Source: an uncultured delta proteobacterium (GTDB lineage Bacteria; Myxococcota_A; Polyangia; Polyangiales; B10-G4). Taken from it: 64,000 nucleotides of DNA. Below the pieces are notes generated by a model. The model did no database searches. It saw only the letters and a list, made by a program, of their open reading frames with translations, and was not told the DNA's origin. Location of the stretch: positions 352,001-416,000 of the forward strand of contig CAVSGI010000014.1 of the NCBI GenBank assembly GCA_963727445.1. The letters are read 5' to 3'. This document shows positions 61,301 to 64,000 of this stretch, in pieces. A program made the translations under genes and the position numbers. The number at the start of each line of letters is the position of its first letter. Position 1 is the first letter of the stretch.

Positions 61301-62953
61301 ATCGAAAAGCTGCCCTACCTCTGCGAGTACGCGACCGGTCCGATGTCGGCCACTCTCGAAGCGAGCGACCTCTTCACCGATCAGCCCACGTTGCACGTCG
61401 AGGCCGCCAGCAACGGCGCACAGGTGATGGAGACCGACCCGGTGCGGGCGACGTTCGAGGTCAACGCCGACGCCGAGAGCAGCCACGTCCTCGCCGACTT
61501 CGCGTGGTGGTCGGGAGAGAGCGCACGCTTCGAAGTCCGGGCGCCGATCGTCTGGGACGCGGCGCATCCCGTGGCCGAGAGCACCGACGGAGACCTGCTG
61601 GTCCGCGCCGTCTTCGACTCGGCCCCACTCGGCCCCTTCGTCACCTGGTTGCCGCAGATCGCGTTCGCGCACGGGTATCTCTCCGGAAGCTTCGAGGCGA
61701 CCGGCCCCCTCGACGACCTCGACATGCAGGGCGACCTGAGCATTCACGACGGGTACGTCGAGCTGGTGGGCCTCGGCCAGCACCTTCACGACGTCCAGGG
61801 CGACTTCGATTTCCGCGGCAACTGGGCGCGGATCACACGGCTGCGCGCCTACGATGGCGACGGTTTCATTCAGGTCGACGGGAGCGTGGGGTTCGACGGG
61901 TGGTTCCCCGCGCGCGCGCGGGTCTCTCTGAACAGCCGTGAGTTCCCCGTCCGCTCCGAGGGGAGTGTGTTGGCTACGCTGACCGGCAGCGCGGGGATCG
62001 ACGCCGACATCAGCGGCGACGAGACCGACATGGACATCGAGGTTCGTAGCCTCAACGTTCAGCTGCCCGAGGACTCCACCCGAACGGTACAGGACCTCGA
62101 TCCACACCCCGACGTGCGCATCATCGGCGTCGCTTCGCGTACGCTCGACGAAGAGGAGCCGTACCCGTTCCGCATTCACGTGAACGCGGCGCGACCTTTC
62201 TGGGTTCGCCGCAGCGACTTCGCCGCGATGATCGCCGCCGACCTGGTGGCGACGTATCGCGATCCGGATCTCTTCCTCTCTGGCTACGCGGACCTCCGGC
62301 GCGGCTTCTTCGAGGTCTTCGGCAAGCGCTTCGATATCGAACGTGGGTCGATGAACTTCGACGGAAGCAGCGACATCGACCCCGAGGTCAACCTCGTCGC
62401 GACCCATGACATGCGCACGCCGCCCAACACCCAGGTGACCGTCGTGGTCAGCGGCCAGCTCTCGAACCCGACGATCGAGTTCAGCAGCAACCATCGCGAC
62501 TGCAACGAGCGCGCCTCGATCATCTCCATGCTGGTCAGCGGTCGCTGCGGCGCGCCCTCCGGCAACACCAGCAACCTCCAGTTCAACGCGTACGAGCAGG
62601 CCTCCGACTTCCTGGCCGGTGTGGCGGCGGGCCTTCTGACCCTCACCGCGCGCAAGGAGTTCGGCGACGTGCTGCCGGTCATCGTGATCGAGAGCGGCAA
62701 CCAGGCCTTCCAGAGCGCGCGCGTCCGCGCCGGCTTTCAAGCGAACGACATCATCCCGGGCTTCCTGAAGGACGTGGTGCAGGGCGCTTACATCGAAGGC
62801 ATCTTCACCGCGGGCAACAACAGCAACGGCAGCGGCAGCTCGGGCCTCTTGCCGGGTGTGCTGATCGAGCTCTCCTTCCCCTACTCGCTCGTGACCACTG
62901 GGCAGTACACGCCGCCGAACAACTGGTCGGTGGACATCCTGTGGCAGCCGTGA
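58310..62953 (+). CDS. tamB: Translocation/assembly module TamB-like protein
   Basis: 1547 aa beta-rich protein with N-terminal anchor and C-terminal [10 protein letters not shown]...VSGQLSNP (DUF490-like). Confidence 0.82.
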   Translation: MPSPIDRLPRRVIRLVRAVIAPAWWALLILSCLLVSVAYHVEHPLTRIVARDLTNHYVSQLIIGRLEIGSVAVLDFEHVEAHDVSFYDGEGREVIHADEVELGFDLAAGLVGTLHFSYADLRHGDVNLLEGETALPSVIEAFSPPEPSTSEGPSLHAVVDDIHLDDVHMHGELLGLEGIEVPDLDATGRLEAHTDGVLEILVTGGTGTLTEPYPFVGRAQRLTARISTDPRQGVLLRTGGLIERPGTDGAPDGPTDHIAVRLTYKLPEGAADDDPQELDILVHADPAEAQVLSELGYEWADLFDSQVTGWFRLSGDPEGALAMHVNGETEGGPIHIRGTLGPNGNVSIHGRTEGLDLSRAVRGAPEIEVAGSGSLEIDGSDPDAPPRIAATLEPLLYDGWAVPALRGEGVLLEDRVRIDRVSAPYAGGTIRGSGEIGFDGSTDLRVRGTIPNLARDRNVRRVMPDLSGSATVDARIQTFGEDRPDLDFAGTIILRDVHYGELSARYLRLEGSARGDLAHPRLQIDADGEGVFLAGYELGTADLSVHGGPRTYGGNGRFRSSDGRSLELAANVTRNGRTWTLDANDFVYHYAGGTWAGNARDVVFDADHFIQVGRATLASNGQRLEGWGTYRFHGPDELSALLTDFDLAALRALIGDAVPDVGGRADALVELTGDVMTPVLHIEGALRDGHVKDLNEVNASYRIDYEEGDLNFDADMDLGARGSLHAVGSGLLNPGTPNPFDALGGGTYEMDIGIHGVDLEVVHELADTALPEGMTGRMQGQIHASGPLLAPNLDVQLGVYRLQMPGMSPLNVTANFSYETGALVGNIAAADERGPLARMETSLLIDLVNLLLNPAETMESMTTLPWTVDLTVPPRRLADFPPELRASIPSDLYPFQVDLSGRISGGGFETQGDLTLNAEWTGAAVHPICEAAAQTHLTAHASLSNAESTIETTFFDGDQELASVTIAANTPFEEWVTHPNDFAMPATRLSALLSDAPIEKLPYLCEYATGPMSATLEASDLFTDQPTLHVEAASNGAQVMETDPVRATFEVNADAESSHVLADFAWWSGESARFEVRAPIVWDAAHPVAESTDGDLLVRAVFDSAPLGPFVTWLPQIAFAHGYLSGSFEATGPLDDLDMQGDLSIHDGYVELVGLGQHLHDVQGDFDFRGNWARITRLRAYDGDGFIQVDGSVGFDGWFPARARVSLNSREFPVRSEGSVLATLTGSAGIDADISGDETDMDIEVRSLNVQLPEDSTRTVQDLDPHPDVRIIGVASRTLDEEEPYPFRIHVNAARPFWVRRSDFAAMIAADLVATYRDPDLFLSGYADLRRGFFEVFGKRFDIERGSMNFDGSSDIDPEVNLVATHDMRTPPNTQVTVVVSGQLSNPTIEFSSNHRDCNERASIISMLVSGRCGAPSGNTSNLQFNAYEQASDFLAGVAAGLLTLTARKEFGDVLPVIVIESGNQAFQSARVRAGFQANDIIPGFLKDVVQGAYIEGIFTAGNNSNGSGSSGLLPGVLIELSFPYSLVTTGQYTPPNNWSVDILWQP

Positions 62954-63050
62954 GGAGCGGAGTGGGGGGATCCTGTTCCCGATCCGGATTCGGAGCAGGA
63001 GCAGGTCCAGGAACAGGCGCAGGGCCAACGGCCTCTCCGCTCCTTCGCCC

Positions 63051-64000
<950 letters not shown>

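Overview
GC-rich bacterial chromosomal DNA. Gene content points to a myxobacterium of the Polyangiales/Sandaracinaceae type (inference from Hanks Ser/Thr kinases, many Cys-rich lipoproteins, IgGFc-binding, PEGA and FHA proteins). Positions 1-24 kb hold mostly accessory lipoproteins, enzymes and hypotheticals. Positions 24-29 kb are a patchy region downstream of an initiator tRNA-Met, with a serpin, a stress-protein/hemerythrin fusion and gene relics. Positions 29-64 kb contain kinases, rluB, lepA, a HEAT-repeat gene, miaB, a Cpx-like two-component locus, a Rieske/cytochrome b-c locus, tamAB and a partial glmM. About ten small indels break otherwise intact genes (lepA, miaB, glmM and others), so the sequence probably carries read or assembly errors. 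The most striking structure is a ~1.33 kb cassette (43905-45232) between the HEAT gene and miaB. It has two divergent-sequence, convergently oriented four-helix-bundle (IVP/Avd-like) genes. Each has its ribosome-binding site locked in its own long near-perfect hairpin (29 and 31 bp), and the two loops share a GGGYGGG motif. The genes share a central hairpin, and the whole unit is bracketed by (GGGANN)n tandem-repeat tracts. A second notable item is a cytochrome b that appears to have lost the heme bH pocket.
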